Of a DNA stretch of 57,451 bases, positions 26,213-36,167 are shown piece after piece. Location: positions 1 to 57,451 of the IMG/VR virus record IMGVR_UViG_3300037206_000024; one strand, written 5' to 3'. The stretch is from a virus. Taxonomy: Duplodnaviria; Caudoviricetes. The position numbers and the translations under genes are program-made. Numbering within the stretch: position 1 is the stretch's first letter; every line of letters begins with the position of its first letter. The notes below the pieces were generated by a model. That model worked only from the letters and a program-made list of their open reading frames with translations. It was not told where the DNA came from and searched no databases.

Positions 26213-26364
26213 TCCTGTGGGTACAACTTATCGGCAGCATCTCCTCCATCCTAGGACTCATCGTAACTCTGTACGTGCTCTACCGAGAACACATCATTGA
26301 AGACGACATTGTAGAACTTCAGCACACTGAGGAGGCTTGGCATGAGAAAGAAAACCACAAGTAA
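26209..26364 (+). CDS. Small single-TM membrane protein
   Basis: MILWVQLIGSISSILGLIVTLYVLY hydrophobic helix; GGAGG RBS; ATGA overlap. Confidence 0.55.
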   Translation: MILWVQLIGSISSILGLIVTLYVLYREHIIEDDIVELQHTEEAWHEKENHK

Positions 26365-26650
26365 ACGCTCAGTAGTTCCCAAGCGTATGCCCTGCACCTG
26401 CGAGTATGACAAGGGACTCGTATCTATGTTTGAAGAGAGTGTAGAGAAACTCAAAACCCTTGGCCCAGAACCTATGGAGCACTTTAACAATGCGCTGATG
26501 CACTGTGATTCCTTTCATCACATGCTGCACTCTTTGTGCGAAGGTGAAGCAGACCCAGCGTACATCTGCAGCGACCTATATAGGCTCGGAGTGGAAGCAG
26601 GGAAGCGCACACAAGAGGTGCAGTTTTTGGAGAAGCTAGTCAGTTATTAG
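26342..26650 (+). CDS. Hypothetical protein
   Basis: GAGGAGG RBS. Confidence 0.6.
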   Translation: MRKKTTSKRSVVPKRMPCTCEYDKGLVSMFEESVEKLKTLGPEPMEHFNNALMHCDSFHHMLHSLCEGEADPAYICSDLYRLGVEAGKRTQEVQFLEKLVSY

Positions 26651-26812
26651 GTTTGCCGCAGGTGTCCAAGACGCTGCGTGCAGAAAACACCGGGGACCGG
26701 GAGGGTTCTTCTTGGAGTTAATCTTTCCTCCCCGGTGCACTACTTCAGGAACACACACACAGAAACGTATCAAGTACACAGCTAGACCAGCAAGACTCAG
26801 GAGAAAACTCAG

Positions 26813-27538
26813 ATGACATTAGCAGGGGGAGACGTGCTCGCGGCAGGCGGGACGAAAGCAAATTTTGCAGGAGCAGGCGGGGAAGTTACCGACTTTGAAC
26901 AGGACTTCATATTCATGGGAGTCGAGGAACTTTGCAAGAAATATGCGCTGTCTCAATCAGAGTACGATGTGTACGCAGCTTCTAGGCTGGATGGCACCAA
27001 GCTTCCCGACCTGAAGGATATGAATCATAAGGAATCCCTAGATGTGGGATTCAGCGTAAAGGACAGCCGCAGGAACTACCTCAGCGAAGCTACAGAAGCT
27101 ACAGCCGTGGTGCCCAAGGTTTCCAAGTACCCAGCCAAGAAATATGGCACTGGCATGCCCATACTGGATAGAGTTCTGGTGAAACGCGTGGAAGATGACC
27201 CAGATCTAGAGACCTTAGAAGACGGCTCGGTACGCAACAAGAAAACAGGGTTTATCGTCCCTGCCAAATACCGCCAGCACACCAACTCAGGTGTCGTACT
27301 CGCAATAGGCACCGCAGTGGTCATGGGTGGCGTCAGGATGTCCCTTAGCGAATTTGTAAGGCCCGGGGATCGTGCAGTGTGGGGGGACTACAACTCCGAA
27401 ATGTTCCCTATGGACTTCAAGAAGGCCAAGGCACTTTGCGATTCTCTGCAAATTGACCATGAAGAGAGCGATGAGCCCTTTCGCTTGGTTCGAGTGCAGG
27501 ACATCAGACTCGTAGAGCCAGAGGTGAAAAATGAGTAA
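26813..27538 (+). CDS. GroES/Cpn10-like co-chaperonin with N-terminal extension
   Basis: PILDRVLVKR...GFIVP...SGVVLAIG...VRPGDRAVW...RLVRVQDI match the GroES fold. Confidence 0.75.
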   Translation: MTLAGGDVLAAGGTKANFAGAGGEVTDFEQDFIFMGVEELCKKYALSQSEYDVYAASRLDGTKLPDLKDMNHKESLDVGFSVKDSRRNYLSEATEATAVVPKVSKYPAKKYGTGMPILDRVLVKRVEDDPDLETLEDGSVRNKKTGFIVPAKYRQHTNSGVVLAIGTAVVMGGVRMSLSEFVRPGDRAVWGDYNSEMFPMDFKKAKALCDSLQIDHEESDEPFRLVRVQDIRLVEPEVKNE

Positions 27539-27812
27539 CCTTGTGGAGCAGCCTTTTGACAAGTTCTGGGACAATCCTCCAACTAGACGGGAGCTTCAGA
27601 GAGCCATAAATAAACTCTCGGCAAACGACACAGAACTTGCCGCCATGGCAGACACCGCTTCGATCCTGATAAACTATATCTGTGAAGTGAAGCTGGGTAT
27701 AACCAGTCGAGAAGAGGTGGATGTTTACGTCGAAGCCAAGAAACTTCAGTTAGACGAAGCTCGGGCTAAGATGAAGGCAGATGCGGAGGCTAAAGTTGAG
27801 CAGCCCAACTGA
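27531..27812 (+). CDS. Hypothetical protein
   Basis: GAGGTG RBS. Confidence 0.65.
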   Translation: MSNLVEQPFDKFWDNPPTRRELQRAINKLSANDTELAAMADTASILINYICEVKLGITSREEVDVYVEAKKLQLDEARAKMKADAEAKVEQPN

Positions 27813-28530
27813 CTCTTATCAGCAATACATATGTCCTGAAGAATTTGATGATAGACTCCGAGAAGTTGGTGGAATCAATCGCTATGGGGAAAACAACTTT
27901 CTCATACGATGGGCTCAGGGCGGGCAGAAGGAATGCCTGTATCGCGCAGGCGGTAACTGGCATGTAGAAAATCAACCTTCCTACTCTGGGTATAGAGACC
28001 TTCTCTTAGGAGGAGGCTCCCCTAGCTGGATGCTGCTCATGTGGGAAGACCCAGTAACGTACGGGACTGCAGAATCCTACTATGTAGGAAACTATGACGA
28101 CGAGTCTGATCTACAAACTCTCGGAGAGTACCCCTATGCAGGAAGGTACCGTATGTTGTACAACATGGTATGGAGAGACTTCTCTTCAGGAAAACTAAAG
28201 CTGGAACCTATGCCACTCAACACCTACGTGGTTGACAACGTAATCCCCATTATTATGGAGGCTAGGGATATTTCTTGGGAGAAGACTCGGGCCGCACTCA
28301 AAGGTATTAAGGAAAAAGAAGACGCAGCAGAGATGAACAAGATAGAAGAGGCGATGAGAAGTGCATCAGTGGCTTTCAAAGGGCCTGTTTCTTATGCACG
28401 TCAAGGTTGTCGCACACACTTCTTGGATAAGAAGGTAGAAGCAATGACCAGAAATTGGAACAAGATGGTAACGAATGCACGTATGCTTGGACGAGGTTTG
28501 AGCGCACACACCTCGAACCCGACAGTTTAG
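27781..28530 (+). CDS. Hypothetical protein
   Basis: 249-aa ORF in operon; start uncertain. Confidence 0.65.
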   Translation: MRRLKLSSPTDSYQQYICPEEFDDRLREVGGINRYGENNFLIRWAQGGQKECLYRAGGNWHVENQPSYSGYRDLLLGGGSPSWMLLMWEDPVTYGTAESYYVGNYDDESDLQTLGEYPYAGRYRMLYNMVWRDFSSGKLKLEPMPLNTYVVDNVIPIIMEARDISWEKTRAALKGIKEKEDAAEMNKIEEAMRSASVAFKGPVSYARQGCRTHFLDKKVEAMTRNWNKMVTNARMLGRGLSAHTSNPTV

Positions 28531-28557
28531 AACTCAGAGGACTCAAGGAGATTAACA

Positions 28558-29493
28558 ATGGAAGCAACCGCAGGTAATGTAACGCATAACCCCGGGTTAA
28601 GCCAAGGTATGGCTCGGGCGAACAACATGGACTTCAACTTCAACGGTAATCACTACCTCATGAACCGCAAGCCTGACTACTATGTGTACCTCTACACAGT
28701 GTCAGAGCATTCGCAGGTTGTGTCTCGTCCGCCACTCATCAGTTCAATGGTGTTGCTGGGAAAGAAGCCGGGAGACAAATACGCACTGTGCGGCAGGTTC
28801 CCACAACCGCTGACCACGATGCAGAGCAATGTGGACTCCAACGAAGTCACGCCACTCTTGTCGGACTGCCGCCGATTTGTCATGGATATAGTTAATCCAG
28901 ACAACCTCGGCATGAATGCTGAAGATCAGGACGCAGTGATCAAGACGATTACCAATGTTGGTAACAACCTCAATGACAAAGGAGTGTTTTGGTCCCTCAA
29001 CGGACCCGGCGCAAGCAAGACTGGAAATCTGGAAGCTCCGACTGATGATGAAGTTAAGAGAGCTACCGCTCGTATGGAGCGCTACTACAACAAGCTCGTG
29101 GAGAAGGCCAATACCGTGCAGGCATCCAAGCCCGCTGATCTGCCTGATACACTGACACCCGAGCATCACATCGCTGCCGACTATTTGACGCGCAACTTTG
29201 GCAATCAGTTCCAATGGCACCAGACATTGTCGCGTTTGGAAGACTGCGAACTTTGCGGCACGAAGGTCAAGGCCGGTATTGCCTTCCATCGCACTGATGA
29301 AGGCGGCATTTGCGTCCGAGACTGGGCACGCACCGTCAAAGCTGGCGCAAAGACCAGAGCGGAAGCGTACGACGCTACGGGAGACGATCAGTTTGCGCCC
29401 CGCGCGGCAGCAACGCCCACAGTGGCACCGCCTACTAAAATGCAGGGCGACATCGCCGTGGCACCGAAGAAAGACATCCCTTCGGAGAAATAA
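28558..29493 (+). CDS. Hypothetical protein with C-terminal Cys/His cluster
   Basis: CELC...FH...C; AAGGAG RBS. Confidence 0.7.
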   Translation: MEATAGNVTHNPGLSQGMARANNMDFNFNGNHYLMNRKPDYYVYLYTVSEHSQVVSRPPLISSMVLLGKKPGDKYALCGRFPQPLTTMQSNVDSNEVTPLLSDCRRFVMDIVNPDNLGMNAEDQDAVIKTITNVGNNLNDKGVFWSLNGPGASKTGNLEAPTDDEVKRATARMERYYNKLVEKANTVQASKPADLPDTLTPEHHIAADYLTRNFGNQFQWHQTLSRLEDCELCGTKVKAGIAFHRTDEGGICVRDWARTVKAGAKTRAEAYDATGDDQFAPRAAATPTVAPPTKMQGDIAVAPKKDIPSEK

Positions 29494-29673
29494 GACAAGT
29501 CGCAGGTTGCTCAGACAGCCTGCGCAAATTTCAGTAACAAGCTTGGCGTCCAAAAGAGCCCTCCGTGTAGAGGTTCTGAGTCCCTTGAAAAGAGGTGGCT
29601 TCGAGGACGCCATGAAAATCCCTAGCTCCCTGCGTGAACAGCGCAGGGGGCTGTTTGTGTTTAAGGAGTTCTC

Positions 29674-30528
29674 ATGTCTTCACCCACCATCAATGCAATA
29701 TCCTCACAATTTGGAAGCTATCCTTCACTCTTAGGGATAAATAATATGGTGAGGGCGATAATTAACGATAGCCAAGCTGGGGCCACAGGTACGCCGGGTG
29801 AAGGCCAAGTTTACACGGACAACCCCCTGATCTCCCCATTTGTGCAGCCCATGCTAAATTCGGCTATACGAACAGTGTATCGCCAACTCCGTAATATTGG
29901 TGCGCCTGCTCTCATCAAGGACAATGTGATCATCACAGGGCTCACACCAATCAACGGCCCACAGGGACTAGGACTTTGTGATCCTGCAGTCCAAGTGTTC
30001 CTGTCATACGGTGGTTACTTCGACGGCAGCACCATAAATCCAGACCTCTACCTACCTCAAGATTTGCTGTACCCAGAGTTGGTATGGGAGCGTCAGACGG
30101 GCACCAACAACCCATTTGTGAAGATGCGAAGAGCGCAAGAGGGCCTTCCTTCTCGCCCCCAATACCCGACACTTTCCGAATGGGAATGGAGACAGGACAA
30201 CATTTGGTTCGTTGGGAGCACTCAACAGAGAGATGTCCGTTTGAGATACTATTCTGCATTGCCCCAGTACTTCAGTCCAGATCTGGATTTAGCGAACACA
30301 TATGTTCCTATTTTGGACAGCCTCGACGCTCTTGCATATCAGGTAATTGTTCAATATGCACGTATGCTGGAATCCCCGGGACTTCCCGAGGTTCAAGCTG
30401 AAGCCAAGGCTCAGATGTTCGAGCTAAAAAATGCCTACACCCGTAGGACACAAACTCAGGACTACATGCGAGAGAAGTATGAACACAGCAGCGGGGACAT
30501 GAACACCTTCTTCCTCGGCTGGTCTTAA
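29674..30528 (+). CDS. Probable head-to-tail adaptor protein
   Basis: Position after the head module and size; inferred only. Confidence 0.45.
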   Translation: MSSPTINAISSQFGSYPSLLGINNMVRAIINDSQAGATGTPGEGQVYTDNPLISPFVQPMLNSAIRTVYRQLRNIGAPALIKDNVIITGLTPINGPQGLGLCDPAVQVFLSYGGYFDGSTINPDLYLPQDLLYPELVWERQTGTNNPFVKMRRAQEGLPSRPQYPTLSEWEWRQDNIWFVGSTQQRDVRLRYYSALPQYFSPDLDLANTYVPILDSLDALAYQVIVQYARMLESPGLPEVQAEAKAQMFELKNAYTRRTQTQDYMREKYEHSSGDMNTFFLGWS

Positions 30529-30539
30529 GGGAGACAAAA

Positions 30540-31709
30540 ATGGCTGTAGATTACTATCGCGTGCAGGGGTGGGTAAGAAACACTTTAGGGCAGGCCATAG
30601 GGGGAGCATCGGTATACATTCTTAGTCAACCTGCCAACTACATTCCTCCTCCTCCACCCAAGCCACCAGCCACCCCTACGACATTTACCCCAAGCCCACA
30701 GATTCAGCTCTACTCTGATGCTGGGATGACCCCTATTACCCAACCGTTAACCACAGACGGCTTCGGGTACTACTACGCATACGCCCCAGCGGGATTGTAC
30801 ACCATAGCAATTTACAACGCTGTACCCGGTACAAGGGGAAAACTATCAGCTGCTTACTTAGATCAAAGTGTAGGCAACATCGGCTCCACAGGCAGCGCAC
30901 AGGTTGTACTGGAAACGAATAGCGTCACTAACGGTTCGCAATCCCTCTTGAATCTAGTGGCAGGAGCCAACATCACTGTGGTAGAGGATGGATTAGGGGA
31001 TGTAACCATAACAGGCACCGTCTCACCCGCTACTCCATTGGTTTTGGAGAACAATGGAACCAATAACGGATCGCAGACACTGCTGAACTTGATTTCTGGA
31101 TCAAACATTACAATCGTGGATAATGGCGTAGGAGGATTGGTGATCACTTCTACCGCATCTGGCGGAAGTGGAGTCACAAGTTGGTTTACATCCACTGACT
31201 TTCTTCCCGCATTTCCTTCTTCCACTGACTCTACCTCATGGAGCCCGGGTCTGGGTGGGTCCTACAGTGTGCAGTTCGTGCCACTGAGACTTCTGTCGGC
31301 TGCGACAGTCCACGAGATAAGCATAAATGTCACCACTTCGAATGCTGGAAACTACATCCTAATGGCTATTTACTCGGCAGACGGAACAGTGAAAGTCTTG
31401 GATGCAGGGACAAATGCATTTAGCACAGCTTCTACTGGAATAGTAAAGGTCACCTTAGGTTCTCCGATTACTTTGTCCTCAGGAGAGTACTTGCTAGGCT
31501 TCGGGAATGTGACATCTTCTCAGACTCCCAGAACAGCAGGTCTTGATTCAGTCAGTCAAGCCTCTGATTACATCTCCTTACTAAATGCAAATGCTACTAG
31601 ATACGGGCTGGCTGGTAACAACATCAGTGCGGGTGCTATGCCTGCAACTCTAGGGACTTTGAATGTTCCATCTGGAGCTTTCAACATTCCCGGCTTTTTC
31701 TTTGAATAA
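30540..31709 (+). CDS. Tail fibre/spike-like virion protein
   Basis: N-terminal domain shared with 31719; two LExNxxxNGSQxLLNLxxGxNIT repeats; S/T/G-rich. Confidence 0.6.
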   Translation: MAVDYYRVQGWVRNTLGQAIGGASVYILSQPANYIPPPPPKPPATPTTFTPSPQIQLYSDAGMTPITQPLTTDGFGYYYAYAPAGLYTIAIYNAVPGTRGKLSAAYLDQSVGNIGSTGSAQVVLETNSVTNGSQSLLNLVAGANITVVEDGLGDVTITGTVSPATPLVLENNGTNNGSQTLLNLISGSNITIVDNGVGGLVITSTASGGSGVTSWFTSTDFLPAFPSSTDSTSWSPGLGGSYSVQFVPLRLLSAATVHEISINVTTSNAGNYILMAIYSADGTVKVLDAGTNAFSTASTGIVKVTLGSPITLSSGEYLLGFGNVTSSQTPRTAGLDSVSQASDYISLLNANATRYGLAGNNISAGAMPATLGTLNVPSGAFNIPGFFFE

Positions 31710-31718
31710 GGAGACCAC

Positions 31719-34535
31719 ATGGCAAGTTTATATCGGTACGACGGTTGGATGCGCAACACTTTGGGGCAGGCCATAGCTGGAGCCGAGATCTATGTTTGCA
31801 CGCAACCTTCTGTCACTAGCTTTTTGCCACCATCTCCTTTGGCTTCGATATTTTATGACTCAGCTGGGGCAGACCCTGTTACCCAGCCTGTTTATTCTGA
31901 CGGCTTTGGGCACTACTATTTTTACGCCCTTGCAGGCTTGTATACAATTGTAGTGTCGAATGGTGGGGAAATTCAGCTTGTTCTTCCAGATCAATCCTTA
32001 GGGTCAGTAGGCTCTTCAGGGGCTCCTCAGATTACTTTGGAAACCAATGGGGCGGTGAACGGCTCTCAGTCTCTTCTGAACTTGGTCGGAGGTGGCAACA
32101 CAACAATTACCAACGACGGTCTTGGAAATACGACGGTCACAGTTTCAGGGTTTGGATCTGGAACAGTCACGAGTTTCAGTGCTGGAGCATTTGACTCTGT
32201 GGCCACAACTTCGGTGGCCAACCCAACGACTACGCCTGCCTTGAGTTTCAGTCTTAACCCGCAGAATGCCAACTACGTATGGGCAGGGCCAACCTCTGGA
32301 GGTTCTGCTAACCCCACATTCAGACTCCTTGTGGCAGCAGACTTACCATCCATTGGAGTACCGTTCAACAATGTGTCAGCAGGCACAAATACTAATGCTC
32401 TTATAGTAGGTTCAGGAGGAACCTTCACACCCTCTGGGACGGGGATTATAGGTGCCTCTGGGGTGGAGTTTGGTACAGCAGCGTTTGCTCCTACTCCAAG
32501 GGCCACCACATCCTTCAGCATAACATCTTCTACAGGCACAGGGACGCAGGTCACCCTAATTTGCAATAACAACTTCATAAGTGGGCAACTCGTAACACTC
32601 AGTGGGCTAGCATTTGTCACGAATGGTCAGTATGCGGTTCTTTCCACAAGTCTTTCCGCAACGCAATTTGTGATCAACTTCTCGGCTACATATGGAGCGC
32701 GTGGAGAGACAGGGACAGCGATCTTAAATGTATATCCATCCGGTGAAGTGCCCACGGCGTGGACGCTAGGGGGCTCAGGAAACTGGGACCCACAAGCAGG
32801 TGTAGATCTCAGCACTACATTATACTCCACCGTGTGGTCAGCGGGGAAGACAGTCCAGCAGAGCAGCTACATAGTGGATACAAATGGTTATTATCAGAAT
32901 GCCCTTAGCTCTTCTGGGGTTACTGGTGCAAGTCAACCTGTATGGAGCACTGTATTAGGCGCAACTACTACCGACAATACCGTAACGTGGCAGAACGCAG
33001 GGTACGCTGGAGACTCTGGTACACTTACTTGGTACCGAAGGATGTACTTTAGAGACACAGGAGCACCCACTCAATCTGGAAAGAATGCGTTCCTGAGTGT
33101 CAATCACCTCTCTGGTGTGGGGACAACCAAAGCCATCCAAGACAGGGCGCTTTGGGTATCCATGCAGAATGCCACCACTGATACCACTGATGACTATATC
33201 TGTAGCATGGCAGGCATACAGATTGAGCTTGATTTACTAGGACAGCCCACCTTCCTTAGTGCAGTGGACGGCGAGGTTTCTGCCCTATCTGTGCAAATGT
33301 CAGATCAGCACACAGGCGCAATCTCTGCTCCCAATTATGGCTGCAATGCCATTCGAGCCCAGTACTACAGAGAAACAGGCAGTGGCAGCTGGGGCAGCAT
33401 AGGTCCATGTGCAGGAAACTTCATAGCAACAAACATTAGCGCAGTGAGTGGAGGCGGAGGCACACTGGCTGCCCTTCAGGCACAGACTACTGACGCATCT
33501 GGCGGGGCGAACAACATCACAGGTATAGGCGTAGCCATCATAGCCCCCGGCACACGTTTAACCAATAACATTGGTCTAGAGATTGGAAATTTTGGTACTG
33601 TCAACACTGATTACGCCATACAATCTCAAGGTGGGCAAGTGTTTTTCGTTGGGCCCACTGGAGTTGGGTCGTTGTTCAACACTACTGGTGGTAGTCCCTT
33701 GGTGGTTGCCTGTGGACTTACGGCGCAGGGTCTAGGGTCTACCCAATGTACAGCCCCGGGACCCCCTTACAGTGTTACAGCCGTAGGAACTACAGGCAGC
33801 ACCACATACAGCTACGTGTACGTGGGCTTAGATGCCAATGGCAATGGTGTGTCTTCTGCTACGTCTACCATAACCAATGGCAATGCCGTGCTGAGCAGTG
33901 TAAACTACAACAGCATGGAGTTGTCCGGGTCCATCACCACCGAACCCCTAGGTTACAGTGCGATAGCGGTGTACAGAACTGTAGGAGGAGCCACACAGGG
34001 AAGAATTGGTTTGTTTACTCTGGCTGTAGCTAATTATCAGAGGTACTACAACGGAGTCTTCAACGACACTGGCCAAACAGCAGATGGGACGACGCCACCA
34101 GTATCAAACGTAACTGGTTCTATTATCTCGTCTGGCGCTCTCGGAGTGTCTCTTGTTTCGACAGCGGCCATCACCACAGCCGCCAACCTTGGCAGTGGAC
34201 TGCAAAGCGCAGCAGTACCTGTGAAGGCAGACACCTCTAATGCCAATCAATTTGTGGTAACCACCACATCTGACACTGGAGCTGGTGTGGTTATCGGTGT
34301 ACTTTCAAATACACCCGCCGCTGGTGCTCTAGGAAACATAGTGACAAGCGGTGTAGTTCCGATGGTACTTGGCACAGGCACAGCCGCCATAGGAAACTTT
34401 GTCATCGTGGACACAACCACAACTGGACGAGTGAAATGCACAGGCACATACACAGCCGGGACAGTAATCGGCGTGGCAATGTCGGCGCAATCTTCTGTGG
34501 GCAGCAACTTCAATGTCATGGTGAACCTGAGGTAA
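31719..34535 (+). CDS. Tail fibre/spike-like virion protein
   Basis: 938 aa, S/T/G-rich beta structure; shared N-terminal attachment domain; W...GVTGASQPVW...DNTVTW module; C-terminal VIGV repeats resembling capsid-cement-type domains. Confidence 0.65.
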   Translation: MASLYRYDGWMRNTLGQAIAGAEIYVCTQPSVTSFLPPSPLASIFYDSAGADPVTQPVYSDGFGHYYFYALAGLYTIVVSNGGEIQLVLPDQSLGSVGSSGAPQITLETNGAVNGSQSLLNLVGGGNTTITNDGLGNTTVTVSGFGSGTVTSFSAGAFDSVATTSVANPTTTPALSFSLNPQNANYVWAGPTSGGSANPTFRLLVAADLPSIGVPFNNVSAGTNTNALIVGSGGTFTPSGTGIIGASGVEFGTAAFAPTPRATTSFSITSSTGTGTQVTLICNNNFISGQLVTLSGLAFVTNGQYAVLSTSLSATQFVINFSATYGARGETGTAILNVYPSGEVPTAWTLGGSGNWDPQAGVDLSTTLYSTVWSAGKTVQQSSYIVDTNGYYQNALSSSGVTGASQPVWSTVLGATTTDNTVTWQNAGYAGDSGTLTWYRRMYFRDTGAPTQSGKNAFLSVNHLSGVGTTKAIQDRALWVSMQNATTDTTDDYICSMAGIQIELDLLGQPTFLSAVDGEVSALSVQMSDQHTGAISAPNYGCNAIRAQYYRETGSGSWGSIGPCAGNFIATNISAVSGGGGTLAALQAQTTDASGGANNITGIGVAIIAPGTRLTNNIGLEIGNFGTVNTDYAIQSQGGQVFFVGPTGVGSLFNTTGGSPLVVACGLTAQGLGSTQCTAPGPPYSVTAVGTTGSTTYSYVYVGLDANGNGVSSATSTITNGNAVLSSVNYNSMELSGSITTEPLGYSAIAVYRTVGGATQGRIGLFTLAVANYQRYYNGVFNDTGQTADGTTPPVSNVTGSIISSGALGVSLVSTAAITTAANLGSGLQSAAVPVKADTSNANQFVVTTTSDTGAGVVIGVLSNTPAAGALGNIVTSGVVPMVLGTGTAAIGNFVIVDTTTTGRVKCTGTYTAGTVIGVAMSAQSSVGSNFNVMVNLR

Positions 34536-34536
34536 C

Positions 34537-35529
34537 ATGCCACACCCAAAGTGTTACACTTCGTCAAGCATAGGGCCTGCCCCGGAACTTCCTAGAAACT
34601 TCTTGGACAGGCCCGAGTCGGTTTCTTTGTATTGGGATGATGCCCCCTTGGTAGACGACGGGGCATTCCTTAGGGTCATCCATCATTGTGAGCCACCGGA
34701 GGTTTTCCCTAGCGTAGCTGATCACATCATAGCTAACCAAGGGTTCTTCGACGTGATCATGACATATGACCCTAGGGTCCTTAGGGAATGCGGAGAGAAA
34801 GCCGTATTTTTGACCGAGAGCGCCTGCAGTTGGATGGACAGGAAATCCTCGGGTTCCCCTAGTCCTTTCTTGCACAACTTTCCAGACGGTCCAGCTCTCC
34901 TCAGCCCAATTGTACCGGCATATGCAGGGTGTGATGTAACCAAGAAGGACTTCGCCGTGTCTTTCCTGACCAGTTCCAAGACCCATCTACCCGGGCACGT
35001 ATTGCGGCAGGAGATCTTTGAAGCTCTACCTGAGCACATTGGCAACCTCCGGGTGTGGAAGCACCGCTCCCCGCCCCGTGTGGACGACAAGAGGCCTGTG
35101 GTAGAGCCCTACATGTTCCACATAGCACCAGAGAACTCCCGCAACGACGGTTACTACTCAGAGAAGCTAGTGGACTGCTTCGTGGCGAAGACAATACCAT
35201 GCTACTGGGGGTGCACCGACATAGGCAAGCACTTCAACGCAGACGGCATGGTAATCTTTGAGGACACGAGAGATCTCCTGAGGAAACTCCAAGGGTTAAC
35301 CCCTAGCTTTTATCATGAGAGAACCTCAGCCATTGAGGAGAACTTTACTAGGGCTCTCCAAGGGGTTAGACAGTGGGATGCCATAGAAAATTACATAGAC
35401 CAAGGAATTGCTCGCAAAAAGGCGCAAGGAAAGAAGGGCTCAGGACATGAATCTTTACCACAAGGTGTGCATACTAACACTCAGTCGCTATCCCGATCTC
35501 TTCGCTGGACTCCTAGGAAATCTAGGTGA
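34537..35529 (+). CDS. Glycosyltransferase family 10 (fucosyltransferase-like)
   Basis: ENSRNDGYYSEKLVDCFVAKTIPCYWG alpha-1,3-FucT motif. Confidence 0.8.
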   Translation: MPHPKCYTSSSIGPAPELPRNFLDRPESVSLYWDDAPLVDDGAFLRVIHHCEPPEVFPSVADHIIANQGFFDVIMTYDPRVLRECGEKAVFLTESACSWMDRKSSGSPSPFLHNFPDGPALLSPIVPAYAGCDVTKKDFAVSFLTSSKTHLPGHVLRQEIFEALPEHIGNLRVWKHRSPPRVDDKRPVVEPYMFHIAPENSRNDGYYSEKLVDCFVAKTIPCYWGCTDIGKHFNADGMVIFEDTRDLLRKLQGLTPSFYHERTSAIEENFTRALQGVRQWDAIENYIDQGIARKKAQGKKGSGHESLPQGVHTNTQSLSRSLRWTPRKSR

Positions 35530-36157
35530 ATTTGCCCCGGGGTATGACCGAGTACTGGTAAAGGACGGATACCTGCTCGAAGAGCGGCAGGAAGGCTGGC
35601 TAACAGTGGAAGGACCCCCGGGCCCATTTTGTTACGCTCAGAACGTCAACCTAGGACTAGAAGTCATAGACCAAGATGCAGATGTTCTTCTCATGGGTGA
35701 TGACGTTCGTTTTAAGGACGAAAACACAATCGAGAAGCTGTACGCTCTGGCTTACTCACAGGCCAATGTGGGGATACTATCACCTCGGATAGTGGGCGGG
35801 GCGGACAACATTCTTCTCAGAGATCCCCCTAAGGACAGAGATATCGTGATCTCCGAGAGGTACATTCCTCTGGTGTGTGCATATATCAAGCGCAAAGCTT
35901 TGAGCGGCGCAGGAAAGTTGGATGCAGTGGCATTCAGTAAAGGCTGGGGATGGGATGACGTTGATTTTAGTAGGCGTGTGAGAAACGCAGGTTTTACTCT
36001 AGGGGTTACCCCTAGGGTTGAAGTAATTCACGGGGTATCTCGGACAGGATCTGAATCCATCATCAGAAACGAAAAGGGAGATAACTTGGCCATGCAAAAT
36101 CTGGACAACATCAATGCTCAGGAATTCCTCAAAAAATGGGGAGACAACATTAAGTAG
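35447..36157 (+). CDS. Glycosyltransferase family 2
   Basis: [25 protein letters not shown]...H motifs. Confidence 0.8.
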   Translation: MNLYHKVCILTLSRYPDLFAGLLGNLGEFAPGYDRVLVKDGYLLEERQEGWLTVEGPPGPFCYAQNVNLGLEVIDQDADVLLMGDDVRFKDENTIEKLYALAYSQANVGILSPRIVGGADNILLRDPPKDRDIVISERYIPLVCAYIKRKALSGAGKLDAVAFSKGWGWDDVDFSRRVRNAGFTLGVTPRVEVIHGVSRTGSESIIRNEKGDNLAMQNLDNINAQEFLKKWGDNIK

Positions 36158-36167
36158 GGGACTCAGT

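Noticed and set aside
26751-26761. (AC)n microsatellite, and the A11 run at 1723-1733, as phase-variation tracts
   Set aside because: Both are intergenic and short; the A run is explained as a terminator tail
30540-34535. Diversity-generating retroelement acting on the fibre genes
   Set aside because: No reverse transcriptase and no adenine-specific TR/VR pair seen; the shared segments are ordinary diverged paralogy
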